NCBI GenBank assembly: GCA_027340875.1
Contig: DAIENX010000112.1
Location: 1-31,103 of the forward strand
From: Elusimicrobiota bacterium
GTDB lineage: Bacteria > Elusimicrobiota > Elusimicrobia > Elusimicrobiales > UBA9959
Reading direction: 5' to 3'
Length of the DNA: 31,103 nt
The position numbers and the translations under genes are program-made. Positions 16,862 to 24,505 of the stretch are shown one piece after another. The notes beneath the pieces are model-generated. The model was not told the DNA's origin. It did not search any database and saw nothing but the letters and a program-made list of their open reading frames with translations. Position 1 is the first letter of the stretch. Every line of letters starts with the position of its first letter.

Positions 16862-17106
16862 GGCCGGCGCACTGCAGGTTCGGGGTCCTGTCGAGGGTTT
16901 GCCTCGTCAGGCACGGCGTCACGCACTGGCCTTTGGCCGTGCCGCATCAGGAGCTATGCTCATCAAGCGGCCACCGTGCCTGTCTCCTCACGCAGACCTG
17001 GCCGCTCCGCGGCCATCCGGCCTCGGCGCTTACGCAAGCCTCGGCCTGCGCGAAGGCCTTCCTTGGCAAAACCCTCGCCACCCCTCCAGCTATTCTTGCG
17101 CCGGCC
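16862..17106 (+). repeat. Structured intergenic repeat, copy 2, with an extra 10-bp outer inverted repeat
   Basis: GGCCGGCGCA(16862-16871)/TGCGCCGGCC(17097-17106) encloses a 16882-17084 unit homologous to 8767-8921. Confidence 0.8.
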
Positions 17107-17224
17107 TTCGTCCCCGCACCCCACCGCGCCCCTAAAACGTCTCTTCTGTGTTTTGAGCCTGTGGACTGAAATCGTGAAAACAGAAGCCTTTCGCTTTGTG
17201 TAGGGATTTTTAGTGCAGCGGGAT

Positions 17225-17368
17225 GGCCGGGAGATGGGTTCTGAGTGCCCTCGCGGAGGGAGGAGCTTGCGTAAGCGCGACGACTGAGTGGAGCGAAGCG
17301 ACACCGCAGTGTGAGGAGGGGCGGCCACGGTGTGGCCGACCCCGTGCCGAAGAACACATCTCCCGGCC
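17225..17368 (-). repeat. Structured intergenic repeat, copy 3 (inverted orientation)
   Basis: Terminal stem GGCCGGGAGATGgGTTCT/AGAACaCATCTCCCGGCC; 17288-17311 reverse complement matches 8830-8853 at 23/24 nt; CGCTTACGCAAG block at 17266-17277 on the minus strand. Confidence 0.8.
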
Positions 17369-17394
17369 TAGTCCCGCTTAGGTTGGCTGATAAT

Positions 17395-17430
17395 AAAAAA
17401 GAACAGGGGAGCTTGGGGCTCCCCTGTTCT
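17395..17430 (-). terminator. Intrinsic terminator of the response regulator gene
   Basis: GAACAGGGGAGC/GCTCCCCTGTTC 12-bp stem preceded by A6 on the plus strand (U-tract on minus). Confidence 0.85.
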
Positions 17431-17450
17431 CTTGGTGGTGCGGACGACGG

Positions 17451-17822
17451 TTACGGTTTCTTCGCCAGGCCGTTCTTGACGGCTTCCATCAGGTCGTCGG
17501 TGTTGAAAGGCTTGGTCAGGAAGGCCGCCACCTGCGAGAAGCGCTGGAACATCGTGCGTGAAGGCTCCAGGGCGGAGAGCACCACTATGGGCATGCTGCC
17601 CAGCGCCTCGTCCTCGGAGATCTGCGTCGCCAGCGAGTAGCCGTCTATGCCGGGCAGCATGACGTCCAGCACCAGCAGGTCCGGCTTGTAGGAGCGCAGC
17701 ACGTCCATCACCTCGCGGCCGTTGTCGCAGACCTTTATCTGGTGGCCCAGGGACTCCAGCGTGTACTGCACCAGGCTGGATATCTCGGGATCGTCATCAA
17801 CTACTAGGATCTTGTTCCCCAT
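17451..17822 (-). CDS. Single-domain response regulator (CheY-like receiver)
   Basis: KILVVDDD, LLVLDVMLPGIDG, LSA and FLTKPF motifs; no output domain. Confidence 0.93.
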   Translation of the reverse strand: MGNKILVVDDDPEISSLVQYTLESLGHQIKVCDNGREVMDVLRSYKPDLLVLDVMLPGIDGYSLATQISEDEALGSMPIVVLSALEPSRTMFQRFSQVAAFLTKPFNTDDLMEAVKNGLAKKP

Positions 17823-17842
17823 AGAGTTAATTTAACAAAATC

Positions 17843-19045
17843 TCACTTGTAAAGCAAGAATTTGGCCGCCTCCGTCCTGAAGGCGGCGTTCTCCTTTCCG
17901 AACTCGGCTATGATCTCCTCCGGAGAGGCCCCTGCCTCCAGCATCCTGAAGAGCGACGCCGAGCCGGTCATCTTGCGTATCTCCAGCGGATTCAGGATGA
18001 AGTCCTTCGAGTTATATTTCCGCAGCAGCCAGGCCGCATGGACGAAGATGTCCAGCGCCCGGACTTTGGACTTGTCCGTGACCTCCATGCTTATCCCTTT
18101 GCACTTCTTGCCGCCGTACATGTCGTAGGAGGGCTTTATGGTCTTGGTATGGAACTTCACGCCTTTCAGGCCGGCCTTGTTCAGCTCACGGGCTATTTTG
18201 CCGGCCTTCATCCACGGCGCGCCGAACCAGAGGAAAGGCGTATCCGTGCCGCGTCCTACGGAGATGTTAGAAGCCTCGAAGCAGCCCAGGCCCGGGTAGA
18301 GCACCTCGGCGTCCACCGAGCGGATGTTCGGGGAGGGGTTTATCCAGACCACGCCGGTCTGGTCGAAGAACATGGAATGGTCCCAGTTCTCCATCTTCAC
18401 CACGTTCAGCACCAGGTCCAGTTTCTTGTCCGCCTTGTGGAAGGCGGCCATCTCGCCGGCGGTGAAGCCGTGGCGGGTGGGCACCGGGAAATAGGCCGTG
18501 AAGTAGCTGATGTCGGATTCCAGCACCGGGCCTTCCACCGCTCCGCCTATCGGATTGGGCCTGTCCAGCACCATGAAAGGCAGGCTGGCCTTCGCCGCCT
18601 CCTCCATCGCGTAGCCCATCGTGGTCAGGTAGGTGTAGAAACGGGCGCCTATGTCCTGTATGTCGAAGACCAGGATGTCCAGGTCCTTCAGCATCTCCGG
18701 GGTGGGGCGCTGTCTGTTGCGGCCGTAGAGGCTGTAGACCGGGACGCCTGTCGCGGGGTCCGTGGAGTTGTCTATCATAACGCCGCCCTCGGCCTTGCCC
18801 CTGAAGCCGTGCTCCGGGGAGAAGATAGTCGCCAGCCTGAAGTTGCCGGCCTTGCTGAAGACGTCCACCGCGTTGACGCCGTTCTGGTCCACCGAGGTCT
18901 GGTTGGTGATAAGGCCCACGCGCTTGCCCTCCAGCTGGGCGAAGTGGTCGCGCTCCAGGACGTCCAGGCCGGTGAGCGTAAGGCTGGCGGCGGAAGCGGA
19001 CACGGCCAGCAGCAGGGGGATGACGGCGGCGAGTTTTTTAGTCAT
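17843..19045 (-). CDS. namZ: Exo-beta-N-acetylmuramidase NamZ/YbbC family (DUF1343)
   Basis: GKRVGLITNQTS, FSPEHGFRG, FDIQDIGARFYTY, LDRPNPIGG, RHGFTAGE, PSPN and SVGRGTDTPF motifs; signal peptide. Confidence 0.9.
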   Translation of the reverse strand: MTKKLAAVIPLLLAVSASAASLTLTGLDVLERDHFAQLEGKRVGLITNQTSVDQNGVNAVDVFSKAGNFRLATIFSPEHGFRGKAEGGVMIDNSTDPATGVPVYSLYGRNRQRPTPEMLKDLDILVFDIQDIGARFYTYLTTMGYAMEEAAKASLPFMVLDRPNPIGGAVEGPVLESDISYFTAYFPVPTRHGFTAGEMAAFHKADKKLDLVLNVVKMENWDHSMFFDQTGVVWINPSPNIRSVDAEVLYPGLGCFEASNISVGRGTDTPFLWFGAPWMKAGKIARELNKAGLKGVKFHTKTIKPSYDMYGGKKCKGISMEVTDKSKVRALDIFVHAAWLLRKYNSKDFILNPLEIRKMTGSASLFRMLEAGASPEEIIAEFGKENAAFRTEAAKFLLYK

Positions 19046-19048
19046 AGG

Positions 19049-20350
19049 TTAGTTGGCGGCAACCGCGGGCCTGGACGCGCCGTTCTCCTTGAGCAGCAGC
19101 AGGTAGAGCTGGCCCTGGTTCCAGACCTTGAAGGCGAACGTGCGGGCCTTCTTGCCGGCGCCGGCGAAGAAGTCCACGCGGCCCGGGCCCTTGATGGCGC
19201 CGCCGGTGTCCTGGCAGAAGACGAAGCGGCTGTCCGGCTTGTAGCCGTGCAGCTCGCCGTCGTCCGTCACGTCCGGCATGTCGGAGCGCAGGAAGGCCAG
19301 CGCGCCCATCGGCACCAGGTTGTTGTCTATCGCTATCGAACGCCAGCCGGTCAGCGGCAGGCCGTAGGTGCCGGTGGGGCCGGTCTCCGGGTCGATGTCC
19401 AGGTCCAGCTTGAAGAAGGTGTAGCGCTTATTGGCGCTCATCACGGGACGCTCGCGCTCGGGGTGGTCCAGCAGGTACTGCAGGCCCTTCTCGTGGCTGA
19501 TGCCCTCGCGCGGCAGGTCGCCGGCCTCCACCATGGCCGACAGCCAGCCCTTGAACTTCAGGCTGTTGGTGGCCGCGAAGTTGGCCTTTATCACCTTGCC
19601 GTCCGGCAGCTGCAGGCGGCCGGAGCCCTCTATGTGCAGGTCCATGATGTCGGCGCGGTTCTTGAACCAGGCCAGCTCCAGGCCCTTGCCCTCCAGGGCG
19701 CCCTTGAAGTCTATCTCGTCGCGCTCCATGTACGGCACCAGCGCTCCGCTCTGCAACTGCCCGCTTATCTTCTCGCCCTTGAACTTGGGATTGAAATCCT
19801 CCAGGTTCACGGTTATCAGGTCCTGCGGCTTGCCGTATATCGGATACTTGTACACCTTGGTCTTCTTGAGGCTCGCTTCCAGAGTGGGCTCGTAATAGGA
19901 GCTGAAGACCACGGTACCGGTGGAATCGCGGCCAGCCATTTCGTAGATGTCGAATTTCTCCTTTATGGCCCGGTCCAGGTCCGCCGCGGTGGGGGAGGAC
20001 TGCAGTATCTTTATGAACTCCTCGTTGGTGTCGGACAGCTCCCTGGCGGTCACGATGCGGCCGCCGAAAGGATATGGTATTCCGCCGTTACCCAGGCCCT
20101 GGAAGTACTGCCTGTTGAGAAGGGCGGCCTTCATCAGCCTGGCCGTATCCCCCAGATCAGCGAAAACGGGCAGGTCGGCGGTAGCCGGCACGAACATGGC
20201 CGGGGGAGCCAGCGGCACGGCCGAGACCGGGACGGTGGAGACCGGCACAGGAGGGCAGGGGGGGCAGGGCGGGCAGCCTTCGGGCCTGGGTTTCACCCCG
20301 GCGCAGCCGGCCAGGGCCAGCGCGAATGTAATTAAAGTAACTTTCCTCAT
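19049..20350 (-). CDS. mltA: Membrane-bound lytic murein transglycosylase A (lipoprotein)
   Basis: Start at ATG 20350 (MRKVTLITFALALAGC lipobox); SYYEP, YPIYGKP, IEGSG, RYTFF, RSIAID and 3D-domain QDTGGAIKGPGRVDFFAG. Confidence 0.93.
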   Translation of the reverse strand: MRKVTLITFALALAGCAGVKPRPEGCPPCPPCPPVPVSTVPVSAVPLAPPAMFVPATADLPVFADLGDTARLMKAALLNRQYFQGLGNGGIPYPFGGRIVTARELSDTNEEFIKILQSSPTAADLDRAIKEKFDIYEMAGRDSTGTVVFSSYYEPTLEASLKKTKVYKYPIYGKPQDLITVNLEDFNPKFKGEKISGQLQSGALVPYMERDEIDFKGALEGKGLELAWFKNRADIMDLHIEGSGRLQLPDGKVIKANFAATNSLKFKGWLSAMVEAGDLPREGISHEKGLQYLLDHPERERPVMSANKRYTFFKLDLDIDPETGPTGTYGLPLTGWRSIAIDNNLVPMGALAFLRSDMPDVTDDGELHGYKPDSRFVFCQDTGGAIKGPGRVDFFAGAGKKARTFAFKVWNQGQLYLLLLKENGASRPAVAAN

Positions 20351-20542
20351 GTTGTCCCTCCGCGGGCCGGGAATCCCCTGTACGTGCCGGGCCGCGCCTT
20401 CCCCGTCGGGGAGGCCGGCCGGGCCCCGGCTGTGCAGGGGCAGTCTCGGTAACAAAAATCAAAGTTGACCGCGGTTACAGCGGGGACGTTTCCCCTATGA
20501 AAACCGGCGGTCCGGATTCACAATTATCCCAAATAACCTTCA

Positions 20543-20571
20543 TTGACACAAGGCGGTTTATCTACTAAACT
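20543..20571 (+). promoter_or_regulatory. Sigma70-type promoter 7 nt upstream of the ATG (leaderless geometry)
   Basis: TTGACA(20543-20548)-17 nt-TAAACT(20566-20571)-7 nt-ATG(20579); no Shine-Dalgarno. Confidence 0.8.
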
Positions 20572-20578
20572 CTCCCCT

Positions 20579-22411
20579 ATGAGGAACCACATCCTTTCAT
20601 TATTCCTTCTTTTCGCGCTGCCGGGGGCGGTTTTGGCGGGGGAAGCCAAGATACTCTCTCTTAGCGGCGCCGTGGAGGCCCGCCTGTCCCGCGAGGGGCA
20701 GTGGGTTTCCGCTACCGCGGACATGGAGATACCAGAGGGGGGCGGTCTCCGCACCAAGGCCGGGGGCGAAGCCGTGGTACTGATGCCCAATAAGACCAAG
20801 GTCTGGCTGAAGGAAGCCACCGGCCTAGAGATAGAGCAACGGCAGACGCTGGCCTCCAGGCTGGCCCTTATATTCGGGAAGGTAAAACTGCGCGTGCCGC
20901 ACCTGATGCGCAAGGAGAAGTTCGAGGTGCGCACCCCGGCCGCGGTCTGCGCCGTGCGCGGCACCGAGTTCACTATGGGCACCACCGAGGACGGCAAGAT
21001 GGACCTGCAGGTGCTCTTCGGAGAGGTAAAGCTGAAGTTCACCGTGCCGCCCGCCAAAGGCCCGTCAGAGTTCAGCATACCGCAGGGCCAGGGTCTGGCC
21101 AGCGCCGAAGAAGGCAAGGCCAACAGACCCGTGCTGCTGACCGCCAAGCAGGAGCGCGCCGCGCTCGAGGACTGGAGCCCCGGCCTGAAGCCCTCCGAGA
21201 GGGAGGCCGGCCTGATCCAGAAGGAGAACGACAGGGCACAGGTGCAGAGCTTCGCCAAGGCCACCAACAACGCCGAGAGCGCGGTGAAGAGCTTCACCAA
21301 CGTGGTCAAAGAGTCCGACCTCGAGGCCGGCCGCACGCTGACCGATGTGCACGGCAACCTGGTGCGCGTGGACCAGCGCATGGTGCGCCCCGACGCCAGC
21401 ACCATACAGTTCATGAACCTGGTGAAGAGACCCACCTATAACGCCGCGGTTACCTCCGCGCACGGCTTCGACTATAACGGCGGGGCGGTGTCCAACAGGC
21501 TGGACATGGCGCAGATGACGATGGGCTTCAACAAGGACCTTCCTCAGCGCATAGAGGAGTGGCCTTCCTTCTTCAACGGCAACAGCGTCAACCCTACCTA
21601 CGCCTCCTTCGTCCTGGCGAACAGGACCAACGAGGCAGCCGACGGCATCTTCTTCGTGGCCGAGGGCTATCGCTACGACGCTATCCGTGACGAGCTGGTG
21701 GACAACCTCAGCGTGTTCGCCCCCAACAGGACATTCCTGGCCACTGACCCGAACGACAAGCATACCATGATCACCGGCGTGCTGAAGGACGGCGGCGCTC
21801 TCGGCAGCGGCCTCACCGCGCAGGACATGTTCAACGCCGTCTCCCGGCTGCAGATAAAGGACCCCACAATCGCCGGCGGCGCCAATACTTCCGCCGGCAA
21901 CCTGGAGTACCTGAACCCTGTGACCCACGCCTACGTGGCCATGGACAACGCCGGCACCAGCGCCACCAACGTGGACTGGGGCATGCGGCTGACCCAGACC
22001 GTCAACAGCGGCAAAGGCTATACCTTCGACTCGGGCTCCGGCGGGCCGCTGGCCCAGTTCCAGGCCGACCCGTATTACATCGGCAACAACCCGTCCAACT
22101 TCATGATGTGGTACGCCCGAGAGAACTACGTGATAGGCAACGGCGGCGGCCTCAAGACCGCGAACGATATAACCAACTCCTCGCAGGACCCCTTCACGCT
22201 GCTCAAGAGCCTGGCGGCCGAGACCGTGGTCTATGTGAAGCAGTCCAACACCGCGCTCGCTTCGGCTCTGACGGATAACACGGCAGCCAAGAGCGCCGTG
22301 AGCGGCCTTGACCATCTGAGCAGCCGGAACATAGACGTGGTCTTCATACCCGACCTGATGGTCGCCGCGGTGCAGCGCATGCTGCCCGCCGTCACGAATC
22401 TGGGGAAATGA
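20579..22411 (+). CDS. Secreted FecR-domain protein with a long uncharacterised C-terminal region
   Basis: Signal peptide MRNHILSLFLLFALPGAVLA; FecR motif FEVRTPAAVCAVRGTEF...VLFGEV; N/G/T/S-rich C-terminal half. Confidence 0.82.
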   Translation: MRNHILSLFLLFALPGAVLAGEAKILSLSGAVEARLSREGQWVSATADMEIPEGGGLRTKAGGEAVVLMPNKTKVWLKEATGLEIEQRQTLASRLALIFGKVKLRVPHLMRKEKFEVRTPAAVCAVRGTEFTMGTTEDGKMDLQVLFGEVKLKFTVPPAKGPSEFSIPQGQGLASAEEGKANRPVLLTAKQERAALEDWSPGLKPSEREAGLIQKENDRAQVQSFAKATNNAESAVKSFTNVVKESDLEAGRTLTDVHGNLVRVDQRMVRPDASTIQFMNLVKRPTYNAAVTSAHGFDYNGGAVSNRLDMAQMTMGFNKDLPQRIEEWPSFFNGNSVNPTYASFVLANRTNEAADGIFFVAEGYRYDAIRDELVDNLSVFAPNRTFLATDPNDKHTMITGVLKDGGALGSGLTAQDMFNAVSRLQIKDPTIAGGANTSAGNLEYLNPVTHAYVAMDNAGTSATNVDWGMRLTQTVNSGKGYTFDSGSGGPLAQFQADPYYIGNNPSNFMMWYARENYVIGNGGGLKTANDITNSSQDPFTLLKSLAAETVVYVKQSNTALASALTDNTAAKSAVSGLDHLSSRNIDVVFIPDLMVAAVQRMLPAVTNLGK

Positions 22412-22424
22412 TAGGGGAGAATTG

Positions 22425-23177
22425 ATGAAGAGAACCATACTGATCCTCCTGGGGCTTTTTCTCATAAAGAGCTCCGCCTTCGCCGCCATAGACTGGGAGT
22501 CGAAGGGAATGCAGATAGCCGGCGAAATACTCGCCAACCCCGCGGGGTTCTTCTACGACTTCCAGCAGGACCTGGAAGGGACCACCCCGCTGCCGCCTGG
22601 AAAGAGCTTCGGCATACAGACGGGCCTGTTCCCGACCACGATACCGATGACCTACACCAACGTGTCCGCCAAGCTGCGCCTGCACCCCGAGGGCCGCATA
22701 GCCCCGGGCGTGCCGCAGCTGGACCTGATAGGCGGCTACTGGGACATGCTGGCGGCCAAGCTGGCCACCAAGAATTCCGACACCATCGATGACGCGAAGT
22801 TCGGCGGCTACTACGCGGGCGGCATACTGAGCACCTCGGTGAGCCCGCGCGTGCGCACCTTCTGGGGCTACAAGCGCAGCGTGCTCAGCGCGAAGGCCAA
22901 GTTCCTTCCCAACAGCCGGGGCAAGTATCCGGAACTGCTGGGTACCCCGGTCAAGGACTTCGACACCGGCTTCAAGGACGACTTCTTCATAGCCGGCATC
23001 GAGACCCCCAAGGGGATAGGTAAGCTCTGGAGCATACAGCTCAACTACGGCATCAAGACCAAGATCTTCTCCAGCAAGGTCAGCTGGTACGGCAAGCTGT
23101 TCGAGCTGGGCTTGAACATCTACCCGGAGGGCGTGCTGGTGTTCCACCCCGTCTGGAACTTCCACCTTAACTTTTAA
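22425..23177 (+). CDS. Hypothetical exported protein, probable outer-membrane beta-barrel
   Basis: Signal peptide ending AFA; amphipathic strands; C-terminal WNFHLNF; GGAG RBS. Confidence 0.65.
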   Translation: MKRTILILLGLFLIKSSAFAAIDWESKGMQIAGEILANPAGFFYDFQQDLEGTTPLPPGKSFGIQTGLFPTTIPMTYTNVSAKLRLHPEGRIAPGVPQLDLIGGYWDMLAAKLATKNSDTIDDAKFGGYYAGGILSTSVSPRVRTFWGYKRSVLSAKAKFLPNSRGKYPELLGTPVKDFDTGFKDDFFIAGIETPKGIGKLWSIQLNYGIKTKIFSSKVSWYGKLFELGLNIYPEGVLVFHPVWNFHLNF

Positions 23178-23186
23178 GGACCGAAA

Positions 23187-24389
23187 ATGAAAAAGACGAT
23201 ATTAAGCGCATTCATAGCGGCGGCGATGGCCGGCAGCGCCTGCGCCACCGTGGCCGAGGATTCCAAGATCTTCACGCCGTACTTCGACATGACGCTTTCC
23301 GAGGCGGCTTTCCTGCCTTCGGAGGGCAACATCTTCAGCGGCGGCAACATCAATACCCAGGTCGGCCTGCTGTCGAAGATCACGCGGAAGGACCACCTGT
23401 TCGGCCTGTACACGTTCAACTACGCCGGCCAGGGCTTCGCGCCGCAGGACTCCAAGCAGTTCACGGACCGCTCGATGTCGCACGGCTTCAACTTCGAGTA
23501 CCGCAGGAGCCTGACCGACAGCCTCAGGGTGCGGCCCGGCATAGCCTTCAGCAAGGAATACCGCCGCACCGGCGCCAACGAGGCGTGGGACAACGGCCTC
23601 TACAACATGAACTCCTCGGGCGGCCAGCTGGCGCTGGACTACTCCTTCGATATGGAGAGGAACGGCTACGTCACGATGCAGTACCTGTTCAGGAACGTCA
23701 AATTCCCCAACTACACGGACCTGCTGCGCGAGTTCCAGAACGCCGGTAACACCGCCGAGACCTCGGGCGGACTGCAGGACCAGACTATGGGCCAGGTCAG
23801 CCTGCGCCCCAACTGGAACAAGTTCTTCGGCGGCGTGACCTACACGGTCCAGAACTACAAGAACCAGAAGGTCGTGGCCGATACAGGCGTGTACGGCGAT
23901 ACCAAGCAGAAGGACACCGACACCGCGTTCGACTTCGGCTTCCACCACAGCCTGTGGATACTGGAAATGTACCCGATGGTGTCCTACACGATGCACAAGT
24001 CCAACCAGAACTTCATGAAATATAAGTTCCTGGGCGACACGGCCCCCGAATTCGGCAAGGACTACTACAGCTTCAAGGAGTTCGCCCTCAGCGTGCCGCT
24101 GGACCTGAACATCACCAGCAAGTGGGCCATCGGCGGCGCCTTCAACATACAGCGCCGCGCCTACGACAGCCGCTACGCCCGCAACGAGACCAACGACTTC
24201 ACCACGGCGAAGCAGGTGAACACGATGACCACGCTGACCGGCTCCATCCGCAAGCGTATCAACGAGGTGGCTATGGTCAGGCTGTTCGGCTCCGTTATAG
24301 TGGCGAGCTCGAACAACAAGTTCGAGAAGTACATGCCGTACAACTATACCGGCAACAGCTTCGGCATAGCTTACAACCTGTCGTACTGA
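23187..24389 (+). CDS. Hypothetical outer-membrane beta-barrel protein
   Basis: Signal peptide; many Tyr/Phe-rich alternating strands; C-terminal beta-signal-like FGIAYNLSY; AAGGA RBS. Confidence 0.75.
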   Translation: MKKTILSAFIAAAMAGSACATVAEDSKIFTPYFDMTLSEAAFLPSEGNIFSGGNINTQVGLLSKITRKDHLFGLYTFNYAGQGFAPQDSKQFTDRSMSHGFNFEYRRSLTDSLRVRPGIAFSKEYRRTGANEAWDNGLYNMNSSGGQLALDYSFDMERNGYVTMQYLFRNVKFPNYTDLLREFQNAGNTAETSGGLQDQTMGQVSLRPNWNKFFGGVTYTVQNYKNQKVVADTGVYGDTKQKDTDTAFDFGFHHSLWILEMYPMVSYTMHKSNQNFMKYKFLGDTAPEFGKDYYSFKEFALSVPLDLNITSKWAIGGAFNIQRRAYDSRYARNETNDFTTAKQVNTMTTLTGSIRKRINEVAMVRLFGSVIVASSNNKFEKYMPYNYTGNSFGIAYNLSY

Positions 24390-24505
24390 GCGGGGCCGAG
24401 GCGCAGGCGGGGCCCGGGATACCCCGGGCCCCGGCCCTTTAAAGGGACCGGCGTGCTCCGATTTAATATAATGTGAGGGGGCAGGGAAACCGCGCTCCGG
24501 GAATA

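Noticed and set aside
16859..17357. Several short ORFs in the queG-receiver intergenic region, and 5879-6163 and 8740-8954
   Set aside because: They lie on structured repeats or the tRNA and have low-complexity R/P/A-rich translations without start signals.
5897..17368. CRISPR array interpretation of the recurring GCTTCGCTC / CGCTTACGCAAG motifs
   Set aside because: Copies are dispersed, not regularly spaced with unique spacers, and there are no cas genes.
7018..20335. Long antisense or alternate-frame ORFs (e.g. 7018-9027, 8703-9893, 8837-9946, 18038-20335)
   Set aside because: They overlap well-supported genes, lack motifs, and are expected by-products of high GC3 codon bias.
6412..22411. 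ECF sigma and FecR-domain protein as a FecI/FecR pair
   Set aside because: They are 14 kb apart, the FecR protein lacks a cytoplasmic anti-sigma N-terminus, and no TonB-dependent receptor is present.
24409..24447. GC-rich hairpin GGGGCCCGGG/CCCGGGCCCC after the barrel gene as an intrinsic terminator
   Set aside because: The stem is real but lacks an adjacent U-tract, so it was not called as a terminator.
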